DNA of 64,000 nt from NCBI GenBank assembly GCA_963822625.1, contig CAWGIH010000004.1, forward strand, positions 13,292-77,291, read 5' to 3'. Shown piece after piece: positions 1-10,901 of this stretch; positions within the stretch are counted from its first letter, which is position 1; each line of letters starts with the position of its first letter. A program made the position numbers and the translations under genes. Source of the DNA: an uncultured Solirubrobacterales bacterium (GTDB taxonomy: Bacteria; Actinomycetota; Thermoleophilia; Solirubrobacterales; Solirubrobacteraceae). Under the pieces are notes generated by a model. It was not told where the DNA came from. It saw only the letters and a program-made list of their open reading frames with translations, and did no database searches.

Positions 1-92
1 ACGGCGACTTCCAGATCACGAATGTCTGTGCGGCCGGCAGGCAGACGAAGACCCGGCGGAAGCGCATCCGACCAGCTGCCCGGCGCATCCGA

Positions 93-1215
93 TCATCTCC
101 GTCCGATGCCGCGTCGCAGATACGCCGACGCGCCAGATACGCAACAGTGGCAGCAGCAGCTCGCGTGAGCGAGCCGCTGGCCCTGCACGAGCGCCCGCGT
201 GCCCGCCCGCATGTCGGGCGCATAGGCGCTGTCCCTGGACAGATGCATCGCGACCATGCAGGCGACGATCACCGCGTGGCGATGGCCGTTTGGCAGACCG
301 CGCACCTCGCGCGTCGGCGCGCTCGACGATCTCGCACAGGCGCTCCACGGCGACATCGCCGTCGCCGTAATGGGCTATGTAGCTGTGATCGCCGTTGGCG
401 GCGTCCTCGAGCTGTCGGCGTAGCTGTCCAGCATCGTGATCGCAGAGCGACACCCACGGGAAGTAGGCGGCATAGGTGCCGGCGATGTGACGCTCGTCTG
501 CACGCGGGTTCCGCGGCCAGCGCGAGCAGCGCGTGCGGTCGTGAACAGGCGCTCGCGGCGGCCGCTGAGCTCAAACCAGGCGATTGCTCGCCACCGCGAG
601 GAAAATCTGTCTCGGCCCAATCTCTCAGCGCGGCGTCGCGGCGCTGCGGGGATCGGGGTCGTGGTTGAGGCGCAGGACTGCGCGAGGGCCGCCACGCGCA
701 GGAGCACGCGGGCGCACGAACGCATAGGACGGCAGCGCGAGCGCAGCGCCGCGGCATGCCTCCACGAGCGCGCGCAGATAGCCGCCATCGTCCTTCCAGG
801 GATGATGGCTGTAGTAGTCGGAGATCGGCGCGACGCGGGTCGAGCGCCTCGATCAGCGCCAGGTGCAAGCTGGCGAGCCGTTGCTCTGCCGCATCCGCCT
901 CGCGCTCGCTGACGTTGTCGAGGAAGTCGCCAGGATCGTCTGTAGGCGACGAGCAGCCGCAGCAGCCGTGCGATCTGCGCTGCGCGGCAAGCATCCAGAA
1001 CAGCGCGGCTCCTTCGGCATGATCGCGCTTGCGCCTCGATCGAAGCAAGGGCGTCCTCGCGGAGCGGCGGGTCGGGGATCGCTCAACGCGCGCGAGCCGC
1101 CAGGCGCGCATCTCGCGCGAGACCGCCGCGCAGCCCCCACAGCAACTCGCGGGCGCCAGCGCCAGAAGCGCCCAGGCTTGTCTGGAGCCGAGCGGTGCCG
1201 GATCGGTCTTTCGTG
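93..1215 (-). CDS. DUF2600 / YtpB (tetraprenyl-beta-curcumene synthase)-like terpene synthase, multiply frameshifted
   Basis: Fragments joined across frames: RELLWGLR, DHAEGAALFW, DFLDNVSE, LHLALIEALDP, IAWFELSG, TMLDSYAD, EDAANGDHSYIAHY, LPNGHRHAVIVACMVAMHLS. The Asp-rich motifs fit DUF2600 (recalled, not searched). Start approximate. Confidence 0.7.
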
Positions 1216-1333
1216 AGGGTGGGATATTTCCCGAGCCTAGAAGATTGGCTCGATTGCCGATACCCCCTCGACGAGCAGCCGCCGACGGACCGATATCGCC
1301 CCCACACGACTGTCTGCGATCGACCTTCTACAG

Positions 1334-3903
1334 CTAGGCGCTGGGCCACGGATACGGAGCCACGCGGCTCGCGATAACCCGGAACGGCAACGATCGCGGC
1401 CGCGACGGCGGTGACGAGCGCGAAACTGCCAAGCGCCGCCAGGACGCCGGCGGAGTAGACGACCGGGAAGCCGGTCACGCTCAGCAGGGCATGGCTCAGC
1501 AGAAGCTGGCCGTAGATTCCGAAGACGCGCGCCCAGTCAAGGCAGCCGGTGCCGAGCAGCAGCGCGCTCTCGCAGAAGAGCGCATGCCACAGCACGCGCG
1601 TGGAGTATCCCTGCACCTTCATCCGAGCAAACCGGCGGCGGCGCTGCCAGATCATCGTGCCCATCGCCGATCGCCATCGCCAAGCACCCTGGCGATCAGC
1701 ACGAGCGGTCGAGATCTGCGTGAGACGGCGAGAGACCCTGATGGCTTGCCGTCTCGCAGGCTGCAGTTCACGTTCGCGCGCGGTTTGGACCAGTCAGCCC
1801 AGAGCCCGATCCAAGAGCCCGCTGCGATCTCGCGCCGCACCGCTGCGCCGGGTGGGCAGCCCGCGCGAGCACACGGTGATGTTCAGCGCACTGGCGGCGC
1901 TCGCCCCAGGCGCGCGCATAGTCCTCCGCGTTGAGCATGATCGCGCCGGGCGGCCAGCCGCAGATTGGTGCTCAGCGCGGCGATGCGAAAGCTCGTCGGA
2001 TTCGTGAGCGGGCAGCGTGAAGGACTCGCCGATGCGCAGATGGTGCTTCGTGCGCGACCGCCTGCGAGAGGATCGCCCAGCCACCCCGGCGGAGCCTGGG
2101 CGATCGCGCTGAGCGAAGTTGCCCGCTGATCGAACTGGCCGGGGGCGATCGGCTGTGGGACCAGGCAAGATGGTGGCGCGAGAACCCACACGCGACGATC
2201 GCCGAAATCGAGAAAGCCGGCCCGATAGATACCGACGGACCTGCACCCCGGGCAACCGCGCGAGCATGTTCGCGGTCGAGCTGTGTGGAAAGGGGTCGTG
2301 CCGAGCAGTGTTCGGCCGTGCCCGGCGGCGATACCCACAGGTCGCGTTACATCGTTGCATTTCGACCGCCAGGCGGTCGAGGCCGCGCTGCAGGTTGCGC
2401 TGCGCTCCCTGGATCGTGACGCTGCCGAACACGGCGATCGCTCCGGTCGCAGCGATCGCGAGCGAGCGAATCCGCGTCCGCGGTGAGCGCAGCTCGATCA
2501 CGGCGATGCGCGTCGACCGCCATCCCAAGAACGGTCTGCAAGCGATCGAATGCGGCAACGACCAGATCAAGTAAGGCGGGCAAGCAGCAACAGCAGCGCA
2601 AGGACCAAGGTCGCGATGCCGAGGATCGCGGATCTGGGGCGCCGCGAACAGGATGATCGTCGTTATCGCGAGAGACAGCCAATCCAGCCACCAGAGCCGC
2701 GATCGTCCAGCCACCGATCAGGCGTTTGGGAGCGTCCGAGACGCGGCGCGACGGACGCGAGAAGATCTCCCGCACAGGGCTCAGCACACCCACGCAGGCC
2801 GCGAGCAGCCTCCGCCCGACCGCGATCGCGACGTTCTGCCAGGTCACGATCCGCTGCGAGCCGATCGGAAATCCAAAGGATAGATAGCCGGCATCAGGGT
2901 GGAAAACGGTGAGTGAGATCGCCTCGCCCAGCGCCAGTCCGACGATGCAAGCCAAGCCAGCGAGCACAAGCGCGTCGAACAGCAGCGTCTGGACCGTCTC
3001 CAGGCGGGTGGCGCCGTTGCGACGCAGGCTCCTGATCAGGCCCTGGCGCAGCGGCATCGTGAGCAGCATCGCGCAGTAGGCGAACATGAAGCCAACCAGC
3101 GCGCAGATCGCCGCGAAGGTCGCCGTCGACTGGTTGATCGGCTCGGCGGCCTGGCGAAGAGCGTCGCGTCGAAGTCCGCCGGCTCGACGTTCAGATGATT
3201 CGCCGCCAACCTGCGCCAGACCCGGCCCGCACCTCAGCGGCCCTGCCCTGCACGCACCTGCGACGAAGATGCGCGTGATCCGCCCGCGCATACCGGTCAG
3301 TTTCTGCGCATAGGCCAGCGGCGCGACCGCTACCGGGCTGTTCACGAGCGCGCCCGATATCCGAGCCTTGCAGCGTGGCGGCAAGCAGCGCCGGGACGAC
3401 GCTCGCGCCGATCTGGAGCTTGATCGGCTGCAGCGAGCTGGGCGCCGATCGCCTGCGCGATCGGTTCGGGCAGCGCAAGCGCACGCTGATGGGCGAGCAG
3501 CGCGGAGCGGAAATGTCGCAGCAGCGGACCGGCGACGTTCACGTAGCGCGGATCGCCGGCGATCAGGTCGACGGCCCGCTCGACCGGCCGGGCCGATCAC
3601 GCTCGACCCGCTCCTCGAGCACCGGCATCGCGGCCCTGACACCTGGAAGGCGCTGCACCTCACCCAGCAGCCGTTCGATCGAAGCCGCGCGGATCGCGCG
3701 ACTGCAGCTGGTACTGCGAGTTGACCGACGATCCCATTCGTGAGCTGCCTCACCGAGCCGTTGAGGCTCGCGCTCGCGACCTGGGAGGCGAACAGCAGCG
3801 CCACGCCGACGGCGAGCCCCAGGACCGCCAGCAGCTCCTGCACGAGCACGAGCCTCGCCTTCAGCCGAACGCGGTACAGATGGGCGATGCTCGACAGCCT
3901 CAT
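1334..3903 (-). CDS. FtsX/MacB-type ABC transporter permease (frameshifted)
   Basis: Starts MRLSSIAHLYRVRLKARLVLVQELLAVLGLAVGVALLFASQVA. Many TM segments and two FtsX-like halves (SLRRNGATRLE; RMKVQGYSTRVLW). Lies downstream of ABC ATPases. Confidence 0.8.
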
Positions 3904-3911
3904 CGCGAGGC

Positions 3912-4626
3912 CTACGATCCGGCGGAGACGGCGGCGAAGCACGCGTGTCGCGGCTCGTAGTCCGACGAGCCGGCCGTCGCGCAGCGCGTGCACACGGTCG
4001 GCAAACGCCGTCGCCTGGGGATCGTGGGTGACGAGCAGCACCGCGGCGCCGCGCTCACGGCAGATCTCGCTCAGCAGCTCGAGCACCTCGCCGCCGCGCT
4101 GGGTGTCGAGGCTCCCCGTCGGCTCGTCCGCGAGCACGAGCTTCGGTTCGGTCGACAGCGCCCGCGCGATCATCACGCGCTGGCGCTCGCCCATCGAGAG
4201 CTCATCGGGGCGATGGCGCAGGCGCTCGCCCAGCCCCAGGCGCACCAGCAGCGGCTCGACCATCCGCTCGGCCCGGCGCGCACCCCCGGTCAGCCACAGC
4301 TTCATCGCGGCGTTCTGCACGCACCGTCGCGCCCGGGAGCAGGTCGAAGGCCTGGTCGATGTACCCCAGCTCGCGCAGCCGGTAGCGCGCGCGCTCGTCG
4401 TCGGAGAGCGCCGAGATCTCCCGCCCGTCCACGATCACCGCGCCGCTGTCGGGCGCCAGCAGCGCCGGCGATCAGCATCAGCAGCGTCGTCTTGCCCGAG
4501 CCGCTCGGGCCGTACAGCGCAACCAGCTCTCCCCGCGGCGATCCGCAGCGACACGCCGTCGACGGCGCGGACCGGCTCCCCGTCGCCGACGGGATAGCGC
4601 TTTGCCAGCTCGCGCAGCTCGAGCAC
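3912..4626 (-). CDS. ABC transporter ATP-binding protein, LolD/MacB-like (frameshifted)
   Basis: VRAVDGVSL, Walker A GPSGSGKTT, signature ELSMGERQRV, Walker B LVLADEPTGSLD, H-loop VTHD. Confidence 0.9.
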
Positions 4627-5387
4627 TAGGAGCGAGATGCCGCGTCTGGGGTCACGGCCACCCGGCACCGGCGCCGGGGAAGTCGATGATGTTCCCCTGC
4701 TGCGCGGGCGGTCTCGGCGTCTCCAGCAGCTCGCCACCGGCCAGCGTCGCGATCGCGCCCGGACGTCGTCGCGCTGGCGTCTGAGACGCTCATCAGCACG
4801 GCAAATGCTCTGCTCCTTGGCCAGCGCGTCCAGCAGGCGCATGACGTCATCGGCCTCCCCGAGCCCGAGCGAGACCGTCAGGTCATCGACGAGCAGTAGC
4901 TTCGGCTCGCGAGCGATTCCCTGGGCGACCGCCACGAGCGCGCGCTCCCAATCGGCCAGGCTGCCCCAGAACTGCTCCGCGCACTCCTCCGCTCCCACCC
5001 GCTCGAGCGCAGCTCAGCGCCCGCGCGTATGCCTCGCGCTTCCCGTACGCGGCGAACAGCGGCAGCGCGACGTTGGCGAGCATCGGCACGTCGAGATCCG
5101 GCACGGCCGAGCCAACCCAACCGATCTGTCCGCCCAGCAGCCGCGAGCGCCGCCGCTCGGAGAGACCCCAGAGGTCCTCTCCTTCGAAGCGGACGCGCCC
5201 GCGATCGGGCCGCTCGCATCCCGGCCGCGACCCGCAGCAGCGAGGTCTTGCCCTGCGCGCGTTGGGCCAGCACGGCGAAGACTTCTCCCGCGTCGACCTG
5301 CAGCGATACATCAGTCAGCACCCGGACCAGATGCCGGCGTCCACGCGGAAAGCTCAGGCAGACCTCCGTCAAGGACAGCACGGACAT
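4626..5387 (-). CDS. ABC ATPase-like protein with degenerate motifs (frameshifted)
   Basis: VLTDVSLQVDAGEVFAVLAQRAQGKTSLL (atypical Walker A), SLADWERALV, LLLVDDLT. Its stop overlaps the next gene's GTG. Confidence 0.75.
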
Positions 5388-5389
5388 CG

Positions 5390-6034
5390 TCAAGATCCGT
5401 GGAAGCGAAGCGGCCGGTCCCAGCGGCCGGTCTCTCGCCGCTGTAGCGCTGCCCCTCTCTCTGCAGATACTGGCGCAGCGCCTGCAGCCACTTGATCCGC
5501 GCGTCCCACCACGCTACATCCCCGGCCGTGACGATAATGCCCATCAGCCGCCGCCACGCATCGTCGACCGGCCAGCCGCCGCTCGCGGCGCATCCGCTCG
5601 TTGAGATCCTCCAGCTGCGCCGCGCAGGCAAGCTCGGCCTCGCGGACGATCTCGATCATCCGCGGGAGGTCCTCGGGCCCGCAGAAGGCGATCTTCGCGT
5701 GCAGCTCCTCGCGCACCGGCGGCGTCGCGGTCGAGGCCCGCAGCCAATGGTCTGAAGTGCGTCGATCCCCGCCGAGGTCGCCTCGTAAGCGATCGCCGGC
5801 AGTCTGCGGCGTCGTGGCCGCTCAGCGGCGAGCGGCCACGATCGGCTCGATTGCCGTCGACCGGACGGATCAAGCCCTGCTTGGTGAGTCGCTTCACCGC
5901 GTGATAGGCGGTGCGCATGCGCCGAACTGCGCCGAGCCAAAGCGCCCCTCCAGGCGGCGCTCCAGCTGGTAGCTGTTCCCGGGCTGCTCGATCACCAGAC
6001 CCAGGACCGCCTCTCCCGCGGAGAGCGCAACCAC
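5390..6034 (-). CDS. PadR-family transcriptional regulator (frameshifted)
   Basis: AVLGLVIEQPGNSYQLERRLE...AYHAVKRLTKQGLI...YEATSAG...REELHAKI: PadR wHTH plus helical C-terminal domain. Confidence 0.75.
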
Positions 6035-6134
6035 CTGTGCAGTAGGACGCCCCATTCCCTGGAACCGTACCGGACTCTAGGCGTAGCAAAGCCAGGTAGC
6101 TATCGAGAGGAGGAGTCGCGTACTCTCTGCGGCC

Positions 6135-6569
6135 GTGATCCAGGTCTCGTTCAAGCGCGCGCTCGTGCTGCTCTGCGCCCCGTTGCTCGCACTTGGAATG
6201 AGCGCTTGCGCGAGCACAACCAACACGAGCTCCTACAAAGGCGAAAATCACGCGGTCGCGCAGACGATCGCCAACCTGCAGACCGAGGCGACGGCGGGCG
6301 AAGCGCAGAAGATCTGCACCACCCTGCTCGCGAGCGCCGTGACCACGCGCCTGAGCTCGGCACCCGGCGGCTGCACGCAAGCCCTGAAAAACCAGCTCAC
6401 CCAGGTGGACACGCCCGAACTGACGGTCCAGGAGGTCCAGCAAAACAGCGCCACCAGCGCGAGCGCTCAGGTGAAGAGCACCTACGCCGGCAAGAGCAAG
6501 CTCAGCACGCTAACGCTGGTCAAGGAAGCCGGCGAAATGGAAGATCTCCGGCCTCGGGTGAGCGGCTGA
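6135..6569 (+). CDS. Putative lipoprotein (DUF4878/NTF2-like)
   Basis: Signal peptide with lipobox MSAC, two further Cys, ends LTLVKEAG(W); probable 3' frameshift. Confidence 0.65.
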   Translation: MIQVSFKRALVLLCAPLLALGMSACASTTNTSSYKGENHAVAQTIANLQTEATAGEAQKICTTLLASAVTTRLSSAPGGCTQALKNQLTQVDTPELTVQEVQQNSATSASAQVKSTYAGKSKLSTLTLVKEAGEMEDLRPRVSG

Positions 6570-6573
6570 GCGA

Positions 6574-7584
6574 TCAGCTCAGGGCGCGGCCGTACTGGCG
6601 CTCGTAGTACTCGCGGTAGTCGCCGGAGCGGATCGGCTCCCACCACCAAGCGTTATCGCGATACCAGGCGACGGTTTCCTGGAGGCCCTCCTCGAAGCGC
6701 ACCCTGCGGCTCCCAGCCGAGCGCGCGGACCTTCTCCGAGGAGAGCGAGTAGCGGACGGTCGTGGCCAGGACGGTCGGTGACGTACTCGATCTGGGACTC
6801 GCTCGCGCCGGTCAGCTCGATGATGCGCTCGCACGACGTCATGTTGGCGCTACTCGTCGGGGCCACCGGCGTTGTAGACCTCGCCGGGACTGCCATGCTC
6901 GAGCACGTGGCCGATCGCGCGGGCGAAGTCGGTGGCGTGGATCCAGTTGCGCACCTGCATCCCGTCGCCGTACACCGGCAGCGGGTCGCCGTGCAGCGCG
7001 TTGAGGATCATCAGCGGGATCAGCTTCTCCGGGTACTGATAGGGGCCGTAGTTGTTCGACCCCCGACAGATCACCGCCGGCAGCTCGTAGGTGTGGAAGT
7101 AGCTCTGCACGAGCAGGTCCGCGCCCGTCTTCGTCGCCGAGTACGGCGAGGAGGGGCGCAGCGGCGAGCTCCTCGGTGAACGAGCCCTCCTCGATCGAGC
7201 CGTACACCTCGTCGGTCGAGACCTGCAGGTAGCGCAAGCCATGCTCACGCGCGGCCTCCAGCAGCACGTGCGTGCCCAGCGCGTGCGTCTTCACAAACGC
7301 ATCGGGCTCGGCGATCGAGCGGTCGACATGGGTCTCCGCGGCGAAGTTGACGATCGCATCTGGCTTGGCTCGCGGCGATCGCCCCCGCGACCGCCTCGGG
7401 GTCCTCGATCGCGCCGCGGATGAAGCGAAAGCCGGCGCTCATCGGCGACCTCGCGCAGGTTCTCCTCACGCCCCGCATACGTCAGCTTGTCGAGCACCGT
7501 CACCTCATCGCCCTGCTCACCCAGGCGCTGACGCACAAACGTCGAGCCGATGAAGCCGGCGCCGCCACATACCAGGAGTTTCAT
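6574..7584 (-). CDS. rfbB: dTDP-glucose 4,6-dehydratase (frameshifted)
   Basis: MKLLVCGGAGFIGS, LDKLTYAG, QVSTDEVYGS, PYSATK, SNNYGPYQYPEKLIP, DRPGHD. Confidence 0.95.
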
Positions 7585-8450
7585 GCGCGCATCATTCCAT
7601 TCCGCGCCGCCAGGTAGCCGGCAAGGCCGTCCTGCCACGGCGGCATCGGCAGGACATCCTCGCGCTCGGACTCGAGCGCCGACTACGCCGGGCGGGGGGC
7701 GGGACGTGCCATCTGCTCGCTGGTGGCCGACTCGACATTGCAACTCACCTCGGCCTGGCGGAAGATCTCCCGGGCAAAGCCGTTCCACGAGACCCGGCCC
7801 GCGCCGGTCAGGTGGACCAGCCCGCTCACCTCGCGCTCGAGCAGCCCGAGCACGGCCGGCGCGAGGTGACCCGACCACGTGGGCGAGCCGATCTGATCGT
7901 CGACGACTTGCACAGCGTCGCGCTCGCCGGCCAGACGCAGCATCGTCGCGACGAAGTTCGGCCCGTCGACCCCGTAGAGCCAGGCCGTGCGCACGACACA
8001 GTGCTTGGGCGAGGAAGCGAGCACCTGGCGCTCGCCATCGAGCTTGGTCGAGCCGTAGACCGAGCGAGGGCCGGTCGGGTCGGACTCGACATAGGCTCGC
8101 GGGCGGCCGTCGCCGTCGAGCGGGGCAGCGCCGTCGAACACGTAGTCGGTCGAGATGTGCAGCAGCGGAGTGCCGATCTCGGCGGCGGCGCGCGCGAGGT
8201 TGCCGGCGCCGTCGGCGTTGACCGCGTGAGCCTGGAGCTGCTTGGTCTCGGCGCCGTCCACATCGGTCCAGGCGGCGCAGTTGATGCTCGCCTCGGGCCG
8301 CTCGCTCGCAAAGAACGCATCCACGGCCGCCGCGTCGGTGATGTCCAGCTCCGGCAGGTCGACCAGCACGAGCTCGTGCCCCGCGCGCTCGGCGACGCGA
8401 CGCACGTCGTGACCGAGCATCCCGGCTGCGCCGCTCACCAGTAGTCGCAT
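7581..8450 (-). CDS. rfbD: dTDP-4-dehydrorhamnose reductase (frameshift near 3' end)
   Basis: MRLLVSGAAGMLG, NCAAWTDVDGAE, HISTDYVFDG, YGSTKLDGE, DQIGSPT, ARPAPRP. Confidence 0.95.
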
Positions 8451-8478
8451 GAGCTCCTCACTGGGTCGACCCGGCGGA

Positions 8479-9588
8479 TCACAGGATCGAGATGTCGGAG
8501 TTGTCCCCGACCATGAAGCGGTAAGCACGCGGCTGGCGGTCACCGCGGCGCACGGTGACATTGCGTCCGAGCAGCGAGGACTCCATGCGCCCGTCGAGGT
8601 CTGAGACGGTGGAGCCGGCGAGCAGGATCGAGTGCTCCACCTCGGCCCCGGAGATCGAGCAGTTCTCGCCGATCGCCGTATACGGGCCGATGTAGCAGTC
8701 GCTGAGCTTTGCCCCGGCGCCGATCACCGCCGGCCCGCGCACGGTCGTGCGCTCCAGGCGGGCGCCGGCCTCGATCACGACGCGGCCATCGACCTGGGAA
8801 TCGATCAGCTCGCCCTCGATGCGCTCAACCAGATTGTCGAGGATCAGGCGGTTGGCCTCGAGCATGTCCTCCAGGCGCCCCGTGTCCTTCCACCAGCCCT
8901 GCACGATGTGCGGCTCGACGCGCATGCCGTCGTCGACGAGGTGCTGGATCGCGTCGGTGATCTCGAGCTCGCCGCGGGCGGAGGGCTTGATCGCGTGCGC
9001 CGCGTCGTGGATCGCGGCGGTGAACATGTACACGCCGACGAGCGCCAGGTCGGTCGCGGGCTCGGCGGGCTTCTCGACCAGCCTCAGCACCCGGCCGGCT
9101 GGGTGGGCGGGCATCGGATCACTCGGGTCTGCCGGCGCAAGCTCGGCGACGCCGAAGTTCTCCGGGTCGGGCACCGGCGTGAGCAGGATCAGCGCATCGG
9201 GCTCGTGCTCGCGGAAGGCCGCCACCAGATCGGAGATCCCGCCCTGCAGCAGATTGTCGCCGAGGTACATCACGAACGGGCTCTCGCCGAGGAACAGCTG
9301 GGCGGTCAGTACCGCGTGGGCCAGGCCGAGCGGCTCGTCCTGCACGATGTAGGTGATCTGTACCCCGAACCTGGAGCCGTCACCGGCCGCTTCGCGGATC
9401 TCCTGGCCGGTCTCGGGGGCGATGATGATCCCGACCTGCTCGATACCGGCCTGCGCCATCGCCTCGATCCCGTAGAACAGCACCGGCTTGTTGGCGACCG
9501 GCACGAGCTGCTTGGCGCTGGTGTGCGTGATCGGGCGCAGGCGCGTGCCCTTGCCCCCGGAGAGGATCAATCCCTTGAGCGGCTCCAT
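8479..9588 (-). CDS. rfbA: Glucose-1-phosphate thymidylyltransferase, long form with C-terminal left-handed beta-helix
   Basis: LILSGGKGTRLRPITHTSAKQLVPVANKP, PSARGELEITDAIQ, WWKDTG; intact 369 aa ORF. Confidence 0.95.
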   Translation of the reverse strand: MEPLKGLILSGGKGTRLRPITHTSAKQLVPVANKPVLFYGIEAMAQAGIEQVGIIIAPETGQEIREAAGDGSRFGVQITYIVQDEPLGLAHAVLTAQLFLGESPFVMYLGDNLLQGGISDLVAAFREHEPDALILLTPVPDPENFGVAELAPADPSDPMPAHPAGRVLRLVEKPAEPATDLALVGVYMFTAAIHDAAHAIKPSARGELEITDAIQHLVDDGMRVEPHIVQGWWKDTGRLEDMLEANRLILDNLVERIEGELIDSQVDGRVVIEAGARLERTTVRGPAVIGAGAKLSDCYIGPYTAIGENCSISGAEVEHSILLAGSTVSDLDGRMESSLLGRNVTVRRGDRQPRAYRFMVGDNSDISIL

Positions 9589-9687
9589 GGGCCGGGAGCC
9601 TACCGGGAGGGAGGCGCAGCCGAGCGGGCGCGACGGCGCGACGGCGCCGATCTCATCGAGACGCGGACAGGATGTCCGTGGAGGGAG

Positions 9688-10199
9688 TCAGTACAGCCCG
9701 TCGAGCTTGCGGTGATCCCAGCTCGCGCGGCGGCGCTCGATGAACTCGAGCCCCACGCGTTTGACGGCCTGGGCGGCGACCACGTCGCGCACCTCGGGTG
9801 GCAGCTCCAGCGGCGGCTGCTCGCCACGCGGGACCGAGTTGCGCAGCAGAATGTCCCCGCCGAGCGCAGCTACCAGCTCGAGCTCGCGGTGGATCACGAC
9901 CTCGCACTCGAGCATCACCCCGCGCAGCTCGCGTACTCCTCGGCGGCCTCGACCTGCAGGGTGGCGCGCGGGTCGCGTTCGAGATTGAGCACCTTCTGCG
10001 AGGCCCCGTAGGTCCAGGCCCAGATCCGCGGGGTGGGCGGGTGCGAACCACCCGCAGGCGCCTCGCGCAGCACGTACCAGAGTGGCATCAGGTGCGGCCA
10101 GCCGCGCGGACCCACGGTGGCGCAGGTGACGGTCCGCTCTTCGTCGAGGAACGCGGCAACCTCCGCGTCGTTCATCTTGATTTGGTCGCGGCGGCTCAT
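9688..10199 (-). CDS. Pyridoxamine 5'-phosphate oxidase-like (PPOX-class, probably F420-binding) protein (frameshifted)
   Basis: MSRRDQIKMNDAEVAAFLDE...GWPHLMPLWY...SQKVLNLERDPRATL...LRGVM...SWDHRKL. Confidence 0.85.
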
Positions 10200-10286
10200 C
10201 CTGTCTCACAGGCTAGCGGCGGCAGTGCTCCTTCGGCGAGCCCGGCCGGTCGAGCGCCGGGCCGCCCCCGCTGCCAAACTGAGCAG

Positions 10287-10886
10287 GTGGCCGTTACGCT
10301 CAGTGAACTGCTCGTCAGCCGACGCCTCCGCCTGGCGAGATTGGCTGAAGAAGCACCACGACGACCCGACCGGGGTCGAGCTCGTGCTGGCCAAGAAGGG
10401 CACCACCGAGCCGACCGAGCTGACCTATGACCAGGCGCTCGAGGAGGCGCTCTGCCACGGGTGGATCGACGGCCAGGTGCGCCGTCGCGACGAGCGCACC
10501 TACCGCCAGCGCTTCACCCCGCGGCGCACGCGCAGCCAGTGGTCAGAGCGCAATGTCGGGATCGTCGAGCGACTGCTCGCCGAAGGGCGGATGCAGCCAG
10601 CGGGCCTGGCCGCGGTGAGCGGGCCAAGGCGGACGGCCGCTGGGAGGCCGCCTATCCAGGCCAGAAGACAATCGAGATACCCGCCGACCTGGCCACAGCC
10701 CTGGCCGCCGAGCCCAGAGCCCAGGCCAATTTTGAGCTGCTTTCCAGTCAGAACCGTTACGCGGTGCTCTACCGGATCCACAGCGCCAAGCGAAGCGACA
10801 CACGGTCCCGGCGCATCGAGGACTTCGTCGCGATGCTCGCCCGCGGCGAGACCGTCCATCCGCAGAAGCGATCTCTGCTCAAATGA
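10287..10886 (+). CDS. YdeI/OmpD-associated family protein (frameshifted)
   Basis: AWRDWLKKHH, YDQALEEALCHGWIDGQ, QRFTPRRTRSQWS, DGRWEAAY, IPADLATAL, AKRSDTRSRRI. Confidence 0.85.
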
Positions 10887-10901
10887 GGAGTCCGATCTAA
10901 C

